From: Balanoglossus misakiensis
Lineage: Eukaryota > Animalia > Hemichordata
Direction of reading: 5' to 3'
DNA: 64,000 bases
Assembly: GCA_040954595.2 (NCBI GenBank)
Contig: CM082582.2
Span: forward strand, 930,001-994,000
Shown: piece after piece, positions 25,200 through 36,320 of the stretch
Layout: each line of letters opens with the position of its first letter
How positions within the stretch are numbered: the stretch's first letter is position 1
Made by a program: the position numbers and the translations under genes
Notes under the pieces: model-generated
Database searches by the model: none
Seen by the model: the letters and a program-made list of their open reading frames with translations, nothing else
Told to the model about the DNA's origin: nothing

Positions 25200-26282
25200 G
25201 AGGGCTTACATGTGTTGTGTTTTGAATCTTTACTAGTATGTGACAACATTATTTGAGAAATGTTTGTGTAACCTTCCAAACCAGATATATTGTACAGAGT
25301 ACAGAGAGACAGGAAAGTCAGACGTGGACATTTTGTTTTAAGTGGTCAGCGACCTATAATGTAGACTAAAATAAAGAGATGACTACAGTAAAAGGCTTAT
25401 GTTAAAAAGCAATGATTCAACTTACAGGTTTATCTGAAGCACGTAAAACAAATGGTTGACATAAGTTGAGGTTTATTTTTGTTATTGCAAGAAACTAAAA
25501 ACACAGATTACAATTGTTAACAGTTTTAAGCAATTATATCCAACTGGCAATGGCCAAGTATAATAATAACTAATAATAATAACTAAATAATAAGTTCAGA
25601 CACCATTTAATTTCTAAAAAAGAGGATTAGTGAAATTAAGTTAGCATCTTTCTAAATTGTTTGAACATCCACTCGATACAGTGCATATGTAACACGACAA
25701 ATACTTAAGAACATGTATGTATTATGACGACATATCTAGTATACAACAGAACAAATCTGACCTTGACAAAAGTCTACTTGAATTTTAAAATACAGTTCAG
25801 CATATCCTTTAAGACATTTCTTGTTGTGCACAATTTTAGAAAATCAATCGGGACATAGCATGGACAGAAATAGTCATTAAACGTAATCTGACAACTTGAT
25901 TGTTTACAAGGCTTAATTGCAGATCATTTGTTAAAGGTACAAAGTAGCTTTTGTTGGCCCTTTTTGATATCATTCAAGAATACAGAGAGTACCTGCATTA
26001 AGTCACTGACCGCGCAATATGCTGTCAGTGCATAACCTAAAAAGGGGTCAGTAAATAACCCTTTGCTGTATGTAAAGTTGTGATTTTGTGTGTGATATGA
26101 AATGAATGCCTGTACCAAAGTACGTTTCCTTTTGACAAATAACATTGCCATGGCAGTGTACCGGTACATGGCAGTTATACATGATAGAATACTACACTCT
26201 GAGATCTCATGCCAAGATCCATGTGGTCTAAATAGTTTGCAACACTGGCTATATACTCAAATATATGGATAAAAGTTTAGGC
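25200..26282 (-). pseudogene. Possible decayed, spliced F-box/LRR-like gene
   Basis: After an acceptor near 26283: TFIHIFEYIASVANYLDHMDLGMRSQSVVFYHV (F-box-like spacing). A clean 69-nt AG/GT exon at ~25427-25495 encodes FLAITKINLNLCQPFVLRASDKP. The next fragment is KCPRLTFLSL (LRR-like). Many stops. Confidence 0.3.
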
Positions 26283-26399
26283 TATAACAGTGAAAAACAG
26301 GGTGGACATCTGAATTATTTATCTTATTGTTCAATCTTGTCTGTTGATATACATTCATAGTTCACCAGTACAGTACTGTACTGGTAAACACAGAGCATT

Positions 26400-26990
26400 A
26401 AGCCTTTGAGTCGCTGCACACACACACACAGTTTATTGGGCCGTTCACAATACTCAGAACGGGTCTGGCCGACCTTTGTCCGGACAATTTTTGTCCCAGT
26501 TGAATGGGTTGGTTTGTATCCTACTCTGGTCCGACTCTGGTCCCAGCACGGTGTGTGTGGACACGTTTTGTCCGAATCTGGTCCCAGAGTGACATAACAG
26601 TGTAGTCTATCATTTGACAATGGTGAAAATCGTATGAACAACCATAAGAGGACCAACACGGGTCTGCTTTATAAGGTCAAAGGTTGGCAAAACGACGTAG
26701 GCCAGGACTGTGCCAAACACAATGTGAACAGGGACTAAAGATTAGCTTGTCTTGTCACAATCATCAGTGACACGTTTTGCCCGGCCATGGGCCCAGATGT
26801 GAACCCACCATAGACATTGGGTTACGGAGTGGTGTTAATTCTTTACACCGGCTCAGGTCTGACCAGCAAATGCTGTCTCAAATCTAAGCCATTTCAGAAC
26901 CACTATACACCGTCCACACCTGATTTTTTAAGATGGTATCTGATCTGAGACGCTTCAGAACCGTCTTAATGGTGTGTATGTGACCCTATA
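26400..26990. mobile_element. Harbinger-like MITE fragments
   Basis: Homologous to 4230-4550 (plus) and to 3820-4000 / 62195-62375 (minus). Confidence 0.6.
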
Positions 26991-27565
26991 CAGTTCACTG
27001 TGTTTCAATAAGTCAAACAACAGGTCCAGTTTTGAATATTAAGTCGACACAAAATAAAAATACGTAATTATTTGATTGAAACCATGCTTGATAATACAAA
27101 TGACAATTTCAAAAATTTCAAATCATGTTATAAAATAACTATCTTGACTCAAAATTGGCTATTTACATGAAATACCAAACATCAAGAAACTTATTTCAGA
27201 ATAAAAAGTACAATTCAAATTATTTCTATTACTCTCATAATGCAGGCAAATATCTTTACTGTAATAAAAAATCATCCAGTACAATAAGTTGTTCAAAATA
27301 CAGTATTTGATGTATCTTTTTACAAAATCCAATATATACACTATACCACACAGTATTAAAAGCAGGTGAATTATGTACATGTACTCAATATTGCATACCA
27401 TATGATCATACAAACAAATGTACACACAGAAGTGAATACCCCATTGTGTAGCAATAAAATTGTTTAATTATAATTATATCATGTCAAGCAGTAATGTAAA
27501 TTGTTCTAAAATACTTTATATATTTAACATAGATTTTATATAAACATAGAAAATGGCTACATATT

Positions 27566-27650
27566 CATACATACATACATACATACATACATACATACAT
27601 ACATACATGCATGACTGCATGCACGACACAGACAGACAGACAGACAGACA
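27566..27650. repeat. (CATA)n-(CAGA)n compound microsatellite
   Basis: Direct reading of the sequence. Confidence 0.9.
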
Positions 27651-28286
27651 ACTAATTAAGGCGTGTAGACAACCTGTCTTAATTACCCTGTCCTCAACTA
27701 GAGTTTATGTCTTTTTCTGAAAGTTAAATCACATCATGTTAGACAAATTATTTGCAGTTGGTTTATCGTTACCTTATCGTTACCTTATCACTACCTTATC
27801 GTTACCTCATCAAAAGCAATCTGGTGGTCAATATTATTTTGCGGTAAGGTAAATACATGTTATGTATAATGTTGATGTCAGCTTTCTGAGATTATATCAT
27901 AAAGCAGTTGAACGACATGCACATACTATTTTTACAGATCCTGAACAATCACTTTAACATTTCTTTCAAAATCTCCAATTATGGACATGCTACAGTGTTC
28001 AATTTAACAGGAAACAATTCCTTTGGAAAACAATTATCCCAACAGCTATATCTATTTTAAATTCAAGTTTCATCCTTTTTTAGTTTTATCCAGTGCTGCA
28101 GATGTGCTTTTCATCATGTTATCCTTTTGGTGTCTGTGTATATACATTGTTATCAAAATGTCATTTATCCTGAATTTATAACTGATTGATGAGCCTGAAG
28201 ACAATTTTCACAGCTATTGTTGAAAATTAAGTATTTGAATTGATTTACCATAGGAGCCAGTATAAGAACATTTTACCTCTTGCTGT

Positions 28287-28775
28287 GTAGTTTTGCTTTT
28301 ATCTAGTCTCACTCCCAAACCTCATTGCTGTGCACCCTAGTGTGTAGCTACTGGCAGTATGACCAGGCAAGGAGCGCAGCGACAAGAACAAGTCGCCCGC
28401 CAAATCAGATCACTTGCTTGGTCATGTCCTACCACCAGAGGCACACACTTTGCCTGGGTGAAGCAACAAGGTCTGGTACCATCACTCAACTTTTCCGTAA
28501 CAAAGGCCATTATTGAATCATGTATAACTCATGCTTGGTAGTTTTGCTTTTATCTAGTCTCACTCCCAGACCTCATTGCTGTGCACCCTAGTGTGTAGCT
28601 ACTGGCAGTATGACCAGGCAAGGAGCGCAGCGACAAGAACAAGTCGCCCGCCAAATCAGATCACTTGCCTGGTCATGTCCTACCACCAGAGGCACACACT
28701 TTGCCTGGGTGAAGCAACAAGGTCTGGTACCATCACTCAGCTTTTCCGTAACAAGGCCATTATTAAATCATGTAC
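28287..28775 (+). repeat. 251-bp tandem duplication, each unit holding a degenerate Academ-like MITE
   Basis: Period 251 (28325 vs 28576). Internal inverted repeats TAGTCTCACTCCCAGACC..ATGACCAGGCAAG / CTTGCCTGGTCAT..GGTCTGG. Confidence 0.85.
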
Positions 28776-28859
28776 CTGAATAAGGTTATTCCTCGCAGTG
28801 AGTTATATCTTTATTTTTCTAATCATACTGATTTTATTTCAAAACGCAAGTCTAAATAT

Positions 28860-31800
28860 TTATATTTTGATGCTTATTGCTTCATGAAAGCTGAAGTATT
28901 TTGGTACCACATTTACTGTCACATTTTCTATTCCTTTCACATACACATGATCAATCAGTGTATTAGCTTCTGTAGTTGGTTCGCTTACAGATTGTCTGAA
29001 ACCATGATCTTCCATTAGCTTTACAAGTGATGACCGGGTCAAGATATCTTCATTGAAATCACCCATGATCAGTTTGCCTCCTGGGTATTTTTCCATTGCT
29101 TTCACCAAACAAACCAAACTATTTTTGAATACCTCTGCTTTGTATGATGGTGGTCTGTAAACTACAGCTACTGTAACATTGATTTTAGCAACATAAAATG
29201 AAATACATTCCAAATTACACACACCCAAATGCAAAATTTCAAAATCATTACATAGTTTGCTATAGACTCCAACACCACCCCGCTGTTGCAACTGTAAACT
29301 TGTTGTGTTTGTATCAAATTGATTGTAGGATTGAGATCGTGGTTGGTGATTGAATTCAAATCCACTCAATTGCAAATTACAATTTGTTCCTTTTTCAGAT
29401 AACCATGTCTCCGTCAAACAAATGAAGTCTGCTTCCAAATATTCACTGTCATTGCAAATATCTTTAATGTGACTGACAAGTCCCTCCACATTATGCAATA
29501 CAAATGAGCATGTATAATTACTGTGTTCAGTCTGAGTACACTTGGAGAGAAACTTTGGCATTGTTTCCAGGGCTTCTTGGACCTTTTCATTGCAATATAT
29601 GGATGATTTGTTAAAGTCATTAATAATGAGACCATCTAATGTTGTCACCCGACTCAATGCCACATATGCCTGTCCTGGTGCAAACATCTTCTTTAAACTG
29701 ACAACAGCTTTTTCAACTGTCAATCCCTGTACTTTGTGAACTGTACACGCCCATGCTAGTTTTAAAGGAAACTGCCTCCTAATACCACCATTACTTGCAA
29801 CAGACATTTCCTGAGGTTCTATAGGGGTACTGTTTACTGGAAGGTCAGATATAGTTATAGGCTTCTTTTTACGCAATCCTTGGCCAACTTTCTCATTATC
29901 AAATACAACATAAATGGCAGCTGGAAATTTTTCATTTGGTTTCACTGCAATGTGACATACTGTGCCAAATACGCCATTCACCAAACCATCAGCCACATCA
30001 ATATTATGTGTCAGTTGTACTCGTGCACCAACAGCTAGAGTAAGACTCTTTGGCAAAGTTGTCCTGTACACTTTGACATGGTGACCTTCCTTTTTTTCTA
30101 GTCTTCCAGTTTTAGGATTCCTGCTAAAATCTTCTGCTTCAATACATACAGGATCAGAACATTGAGAATGAAGCATTTCAACATTACAGCTATTAACCTC
30201 TGCATTTGTAGCAAAAACATGCATTGCCTCAGATGTTAAACCAGTAACACACTTTTGTAACATTGCCACATCATCTGCATTCATTGTGTCCCCTTTTTTG
30301 TGAACTCTTACTCGATTTAGTGCCTCTGCAAACGCACAGTCTTTCTGTCTCATTATTTCAGTTAATTCTACAATACTGAAATTATCATTCCACAGATTGA
30401 CGGATTGATGGTCTATGCACAGTGGACTTGCTTTTACAGGTGGAAGTTGATAAAAATCACCAACAGCAATAACACACACATTCCCAAATGGTGAATCAGC
30501 AGATGACTGTTTGATTTGTCGTAGTCTTCCATGAACGTAGTACAATAACTTTTTGTCTACCATAGAAATCTCATCTATTATCAAAATTTGAAGGTTACCA
30601 AACTTGCAACGAAGAGTATTCAGTTTTTCTTCACGCAGTGGCTGATATGGCAGCTTCGAGTCAACAGCTATGGAGAATATGTGATGGAGAGTTGTACCTT
30701 GTATATTAAATGCCGCCACTCCTGTTGGTGCAGTTAAAGCAATAGAAATTCCATCAACATCTGGCATTGCACGAGCTAGAATTCGTTTGGCTTCATGATA
30801 TATGCTTTTGATTAAGTGACTTTTTCCAGTACCAGCACCACCAGTGACAAACAGATAAAAGGGTTCTGGATTCTTGCCATTGCTTTTGTCCAAACACCAC
30901 TTCCTGACAGTGTAAAACACTTCTGCTTGTTTCTTGTTCAACGATCTACACATTGCTTCAACCTCATATTTCTTCATTGAATATGAAATTTCTACATGGC
31001 AATCATCACCTTTGGGTTTTTGTACCAAATCTGGAATATCACCTTCATCGACCGGATCATCATCACAGCACTTTTTACCTTCTTCAATGCATTCCAATCG
31101 TTCTAATTCATTTTCTGGACATATTTGTGCCCATGCATCTTCAAGATGGCCATTCTCATCAAGAAATTGTCCAGCTGCATCAATAGCATCAGCCTCTGTT
31201 TCAAATAATGCTTTATTGGCATCTACGATCATTTTAACCTTTTCTAAAGAAGCAGAGCCACATTTCACTGCACCAAGACAATAAAAATCCTCATACGATT
31301 CAAATCCACTAGGTTTCAGTTGTGATTCAGTACGATATGGGAGAAACAGTTGTAATATACTGCCATAGTGCTTTTCTGGATTTTTGGTAACAGAAAATCT
31401 AGCATATCTAACAACAGCCCCATCACTACTAGATCTTTTCTGCATGTAACCGACATCATTTTTCAACTTTACTATTGGACTGCGGCGTTTTTCATTACTC
31501 ACATTTTTCATTTCTGATTTTGAGACCACTCTGTATTCTGAACAAAATGTTGCCAGACACATGTTGTCGAAATCTTCCCGATTTGGTCTGTTCTTGTACC
31601 TGTCCACAATGCTATTCATCCATATCTCTTCCTCGTCTAAATCATCACCTTTCATTTTCTTCTGTATTACAGTCAATGGCAAACTCATTTTAATTTGGTT
31701 TTCTCCTGTTGGAATAAACTGAACTTTTCGTGATGATTGTTTCAGTTTCAAACCACATACCCTATACACAGCTTCCTGGGCACTTATTTCCCTGTTGTGC

Positions 31801-34800
31801 AGATATACACCACCTAACTCTTTCATGGCAGACTTTGCATCCATATTTCCTTCTTTGTTAGCCTCTTTCTGTGCATGTTCCAAGAGTAAACCCATTTCTC
31901 TTTCTGCCTTAGAAATGTATGACACAATGTACACAACACAGGCATAAGCATCCACAACAAACTGAATGTCCATATTTGCATTCCAGCAACGGAGGAGGTT
32001 GGCATTATATGGATTTACCCAAACATCACTTGGCTCACGTTTTAGAACTACACTTGTCTTCTTGGCCAAAATTGCATTTGCTTGTTCAAAATTCTCCTGA
32101 GATATACCAACTGCATTGAACAAATCATCAATAGTATCAATTTGTTTCTCTTTGTCACACAGGCATGTCCACACTCGTTCTAAAATTTGTCTAGCCTTCT
32201 TCTGAACCAATACTGTATCATCCAACTCAGGCAAACTATTTTCAAATTGACTTTCCATTGATGTAGTGATTTGATCATCCTTACACTGATCGTCAACTGT
32301 TACCTCTGTACCGGTATCTATGCTGACAGAAGGGTGGCATACAAAGGTTCTGTTTGAAGGAGGTCGGGGAAAGTTGAATCTACATGTAGTACCCTTTTTC
32401 TTGCAAGATTTTGAATGCCTTGAGCTGTGTTTCTGGACTGTTTTCACAATCTCGTGCAGTTCCTCATCCTCTTTAATAGAAGGCATTTCACATGTTACAT
32501 ATGTGTCAACAAAGTCAACAACATCTTCATCAGAATCTTTGTCCACTTTTGGTGCATTTTCAACCCAAAATAAACAGTGAGTGTGCGGTGATCCACGCTG
32601 TTGAAACTCAACTCGATAAAAATAATCTTTTATCTTCCCAATAGGACTAGCTGGTGACATTATTACCTCATTCAAGAAACAATGGAATCTATGATCAAAC
32701 ATTCTTGCTGCTGTTACGGGATTTCGTCTCAAGATACCACATTTCTCAGACCAATCGAGATCCTCAGCATTACGTACATCACCTTCTTCACGTAGGATAG
32801 TCTCAATTACTTCTTTCCATCTTAAGTCAGCAGCAGAAAATGAGCAGAACCATGTTGGTATACCTAACTGTCTGATCATTGCAAAAATATCTTTCTGTGT
32901 AGCTTGCCAATAAGGGGGAGTTCCTCGTACTGGTTTTAAAAACTTGTAGCCTTCATCACACTTCAATATCTCTCTCAAAGAATCCCCATCAGTCAGAACA
33001 TCAGATGTCACCTTTTTTCCACAAGCATTGGCAGTTCCTTTTCTCAAAGCAATTGACACATTTGATACAACCTGGTCAAGTTCTGAACGATATTGTGCAA
33101 AAAATATGTAGTCTGTGCTTTTTGCAAATCTGTTGCTTGCATTCATGAGGCGACTTTGCAGGTATCGCCCTATAGTTATCTTAACCTCTCGGTCATCGTA
33201 AAATGTTGGTGAACCCGTTGGGAATATCACAGGAAAGCACTTTGCCTCATTGAACTTTTCCATCAACACTCTAACAGGTTTATTATCCTCACCAGGAGCA
33301 ACACAAGCAATATCATCAAAGTGATAATCAAGAATATCCTGACCAATGTCAACTGGTTGAAAGCATGTGTCCATGAATATTCCATTAGTATCTCCATCAG
33401 GCTCATTTCCACCTTCTGTGTCTGATGCTACAGCATTGCCTTCAGTATCTGAAGTGTTTTCCTCAGTGTTTCCATTACTTTCACCATCAGATTTTTCTTC
33501 AGTTTTTTCAAGAGTATTTTCCCAAGTGAGATTGAATTTGACATCATTATACCACTTGTTATTTTTCTGTAGGTATTCCAGTGCATTTTGAATGTGTCCT
33601 TTGTTTACAAATTGATACTGATAACAACCTTTGTAACTTAATTTCCGCTTTAATTTCACCTTTATCATCTGGTCATCCAATTCACCTCTAGGCAAAATAC
33701 TTGTGGTTTTTTCTATGTTAGATGGGACACACACAACAGGTCCATGAACACCGTTTTGTCCACCTCTAGGTAGCGCCATCATTTTCATGAAAGGAATATG
33801 CAGTGCAATTAAATGTTGCTCTAAAGAATTCAGGCATTTTAATTCATTAGGGATTGGTTTGACATCAAGATTGTTTGCAGCAGCTTGAACAGGCATCTCT
33901 GCACGCAAGAGTTTGCTATGGCATGTGTGACAAATCCATAATTTACTGGCTGCACTGCTCTTCAGGGGACAATCAACAATACATAATTCACTACAATTGT
34001 GTACATAATCTTGTGTTATGCATTTGTTGGCATTCATTTCACAAAGACCTCCCTTAGAGACATAGTTATCCATCTTACAAACAAGTACCTGTTTTCTAAA
34101 AAGTCGCCGGTGACAAACTGAGCATACACAATTTGGCCCAACTGAAATCTGATTCCGGAAATCAATTATAACACGCTCTATATTTTCCTTTTCAATCTTT
34201 GTCACTTTCCTCTCAGTACGTCTTCTCTCTAGTACAGTTTGTTTATAAACTTGATCCTGTTGGTACCGTTCAAGACATTTTTTTTTTGTTCGGTTTTGAA
34301 AGTCTTCATCTCTGTTATACTTGTCAAGAAATTGTGCTGCATTCTGACTTTTTTTGTGTTCTCGGAAATTCTGATCGTTTTGGAACTTGTCAGCAAATAC
34401 TGCTGCACTCTGTCTCTTCTTTTGTTCTCGAAACTCCAGATCTTTTTTGTACTTGTCAACACATTGTGCTGCGCTCTGAATCTTCTTGTGCTCTCTGTAC
34501 AGTGGAACTTTTTCATATTTTGCCACACATTGTTCTGCACAAACAGTTTTCTGTGCTTCACGAAATACTGGGTCACGATCATATCTTCCTGCAAGTCTAC
34601 GTTTTTTGTTCTCTCTATACTGTACGTGTTCATTATATCTCTTTCTACTATCCGATTTTTTGCTGTCTCTGTATTCACAATTAGTCTGATAACGTTCATA
34701 ACGTCTATCTTCTTTACGGCTCCTCACACTTATGGATTCATTAAATTTGCCTTTCTCACTTTTATACTTTTCACGTCTGAGTTTCTTTTTCAGCCGTACA

Positions 34801-35981
34801 CTCAAGGCTCTTCCTCGTTTCTTACCTCTTACTGGTTCAAGACAATGAAGTTCACCATGCGTTGCAAATACTTCATCTAAATGGAATTCTTTTTTCAAAC
34901 CAATATGTGTTGAGCTCCCATCGTCTGTCACATCCATGCATTCTCCAGTCACAATCTCAACAGGGACAACTTCATTGCAATCAATGTGTGTACAATGACA
35001 GGTTTCCAACTGTGGTGTCTTCACACACTCAACTACTTCATAATGGTTTCTATTGCGATGGTTCAGGTATATACCAACACCTCTATCAACATTATTTTTA
35101 TTGATTATATTACAAGAATGTTTCCACCAACTATCGAAACTGTACACAAAAATATTCACATTGAAGAGATTAGTAGTGGCAAGGATTTCAGTTTCTGTAG
35201 CCCATGTTCCTAGACGATCCATTCTAGACTTCTCAATATAATCAGCAACTGATGTATATCCATCTAACCTTACCCAGCCTGAATATACTTCCTCATTGGC
35301 TTTCAAGTGATTCACAATGGCCGTTCGAATAACTCTGTGATTTCGCTCAGTCCCACTTATACAATATGACAAGGACCTAAAAAAACAGTTACCATCACCA
35401 ATAATTGACTTGTAACTGCATGGGTCTCCAATTGTAACACTTCCCAGTTTATTGAATATATCAATATTATTTTTATCTACAATGTCAAATTTGCAACACA
35501 GCTGTTCACATACATCAGAAGTTAATGGAGAAAATGAATAAACGCTGTCCCCTGTTCCACTGCCAATATACAGGTCATCACTTGAATCATTTTCAACACT
35601 TTGATCTCCAGTCTCAAATATGTCATTGTTCACTTTTGTTCCTTTATTTGCTTTCAAATTGTCACTTTTTCTGAATATGTCAACATCCGTACTCCTGTTT
35701 TTTAAGAGGACAGGCTCCTCTGTTACAACATCCGTACTCCTGTTTTTTAAGAGGACAGACTCCTCAGTTTCAATCTCCGTATTCCTGTTTTTTAAGAGGA
35801 CAGACTCCTCTGTTACTATCTCCGTATTCCTGTTTTTTAAGAGGACAGACTCCTCTGTTTCAATCTCCGTATTCCTGTTTTTTAAGAGGACAGGCTCCTC
35901 TCCATCATTCCTGTTCTGAGACAGAACAGGATCTTCTTTCTTCTGACTCCTCTTCTTCCTCCAGTATCTACTGCGTGGCAT
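28860..35981 (-). CDS. Helentron transposase: OTU cysteine protease + Zn/DUF6570-like region + HUH/Y2 Rep + Pif1 helicase + APE (EEP) endonuclease, 2373 aa from the first ATG
   Basis: Uninterrupted ORF. OTU: GDGNCFFRSLS..NHYEVV. Rep: EFQQRGSPHTHCLFW and YIVSYISK. Pif1: GGAGTGKS, IIDEISMV, GDFYQLPPV, QFPLKLAWACTVHKVQGLT, GQAYVALSRV. EEP: HNVEG, LTETWL, VYRPP, GDFN, IDHVY, SFH. The ATG at 35981 directly follows the acceptor-like TTTGTTCCAG. Confidence 0.96.
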   Translation of the reverse strand: MPRSRYWRKKRSQKKEDPVLSQNRNDGEEPVLLKNRNTEIETEESVLLKNRNTEIVTEESVLLKNRNTEIETEESVLLKNRSTDVVTEEPVLLKNRSTDVDIFRKSDNLKANKGTKVNNDIFETGDQSVENDSSDDLYIGSGTGDSVYSFSPLTSDVCEQLCCKFDIVDKNNIDIFNKLGSVTIGDPCSYKSIIGDGNCFFRSLSYCISGTERNHRVIRTAIVNHLKANEEVYSGWVRLDGYTSVADYIEKSRMDRLGTWATETEILATTNLFNVNIFVYSFDSWWKHSCNIINKNNVDRGVGIYLNHRNRNHYEVVECVKTPQLETCHCTHIDCNEVVPVEIVTGECMDVTDDGSSTHIGLKKEFHLDEVFATHGELHCLEPVRGKKRGRALSVRLKKKLRREKYKSEKGKFNESISVRSRKEDRRYERYQTNCEYRDSKKSDSRKRYNEHVQYRENKKRRLAGRYDRDPVFREAQKTVCAEQCVAKYEKVPLYREHKKIQSAAQCVDKYKKDLEFREQKKRQSAAVFADKFQNDQNFREHKKSQNAAQFLDKYNRDEDFQNRTKKKCLERYQQDQVYKQTVLERRRTERKVTKIEKENIERVIIDFRNQISVGPNCVCSVCHRRLFRKQVLVCKMDNYVSKGGLCEMNANKCITQDYVHNCSELCIVDCPLKSSAASKLWICHTCHSKLLRAEMPVQAAANNLDVKPIPNELKCLNSLEQHLIALHIPFMKMMALPRGGQNGVHGPVVCVPSNIEKTTSILPRGELDDQMIKVKLKRKLSYKGCYQYQFVNKGHIQNALEYLQKNNKWYNDVKFNLTWENTLEKTEEKSDGESNGNTEENTSDTEGNAVASDTEGGNEPDGDTNGIFMDTCFQPVDIGQDILDYHFDDIACVAPGEDNKPVRVLMEKFNEAKCFPVIFPTGSPTFYDDREVKITIGRYLQSRLMNASNRFAKSTDYIFFAQYRSELDQVVSNVSIALRKGTANACGKKVTSDVLTDGDSLREILKCDEGYKFLKPVRGTPPYWQATQKDIFAMIRQLGIPTWFCSFSAADLRWKEVIETILREEGDVRNAEDLDWSEKCGILRRNPVTAARMFDHRFHCFLNEVIMSPASPIGKIKDYFYRVEFQQRGSPHTHCLFWVENAPKVDKDSDEDVVDFVDTYVTCEMPSIKEDEELHEIVKTVQKHSSRHSKSCKKKGTTCRFNFPRPPSNRTFVCHPSVSIDTGTEVTVDDQCKDDQITTSMESQFENSLPELDDTVLVQKKARQILERVWTCLCDKEKQIDTIDDLFNAVGISQENFEQANAILAKKTSVVLKREPSDVWVNPYNANLLRCWNANMDIQFVVDAYACVVYIVSYISKAEREMGLLLEHAQKEANKEGNMDAKSAMKELGGVYLHNREISAQEAVYRVCGLKLKQSSRKVQFIPTGENQIKMSLPLTVIQKKMKGDDLDEEEIWMNSIVDRYKNRPNREDFDNMCLATFCSEYRVVSKSEMKNVSNEKRRSPIVKLKNDVGYMQKRSSSDGAVVRYARFSVTKNPEKHYGSILQLFLPYRTESQLKPSGFESYEDFYCLGAVKCGSASLEKVKMIVDANKALFETEADAIDAAGQFLDENGHLEDAWAQICPENELERLECIEEGKKCCDDDPVDEGDIPDLVQKPKGDDCHVEISYSMKKYEVEAMCRSLNKKQAEVFYTVRKWCLDKSNGKNPEPFYLFVTGGAGTGKSHLIKSIYHEAKRILARAMPDVDGISIALTAPTGVAAFNIQGTTLHHIFSIAVDSKLPYQPLREEKLNTLRCKFGNLQILIIDEISMVDKKLLYYVHGRLRQIKQSSADSPFGNVCVIAVGDFYQLPPVKASPLCIDHQSVNLWNDNFSIVELTEIMRQKDCAFAEALNRVRVHKKGDTMNADDVAMLQKCVTGLTSEAMHVFATNAEVNSCNVEMLHSQCSDPVCIEAEDFSRNPKTGRLEKKEGHHVKVYRTTLPKSLTLAVGARVQLTHNIDVADGLVNGVFGTVCHIAVKPNEKFPAAIYVVFDNEKVGQGLRKKKPITISDLPVNSTPIEPQEMSVASNGGIRRQFPLKLAWACTVHKVQGLTVEKAVVSLKKMFAPGQAYVALSRVTTLDGLIINDFNKSSIYCNEKVQEALETMPKFLSKCTQTEHSNYTCSFVLHNVEGLVSHIKDICNDSEYLEADFICLTETWLSEKGTNCNLQLSGFEFNHQPRSQSYNQFDTNTTSLQLQQRGGVGVYSKLCNDFEILHLGVCNLECISFYVAKINVTVAVVYRPPSYKAEVFKNSLVCLVKAMEKYPGGKLIMGDFNEDILTRSSLVKLMEDHGFRQSVSEPTTEANTLIDHVYVKGIENVTVNVVPKYFSFHEAISIKI
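35683..35932 (-). repeat. 45-bp coding minisatellite, ~5.5 units of (EE[PS]VLLKNR[NS]T[ED][IV][EV]T)
   Basis: CCTGTTTTTTAAGAGGACAG recurs every 45 bp, in frame in the transposase N-terminus. Confidence 0.92.
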
Positions 35982-36320
35982 CTGGAACAAACCAAATATA
36001 CTCTCTGATTAGGTTGTTATTATCCATTGAACACCAGATTTCAGATTACCTTCACATCAAATCACATCACTAGTGATTATAACCAGTAAAAAATTTTGGA
36101 ACTTTTACAGACAGAAGTGATTTACAGAAACGATGTCTCAACAAAGTTTTAATACAACAGCGACTACACATAATGGACACAAATCTGCATGCCTGTATAC
36201 ATATACACACAGTATTCACAGACACACTTTTTTCAGCTGGAAAACACGATTAGGCTTCAACCCTGACCCCTGTATGACCTTACATTCTGGCATTCCCATG
36301 ACAATGTGCTCAGGCAAATC

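Noticed and set aside
29168-35919. Small ORFs overlapping the transposase in other frames or on the other strand
   Set aside because: Shadow ORFs with no recognisable motifs.
28860-35981. Host PIF1 gene or a non-LTR retrotransposon
   Set aside because: The helicase is fused to a HUH Rep and the APE domain has no reverse transcriptase; the architecture is Helentron.
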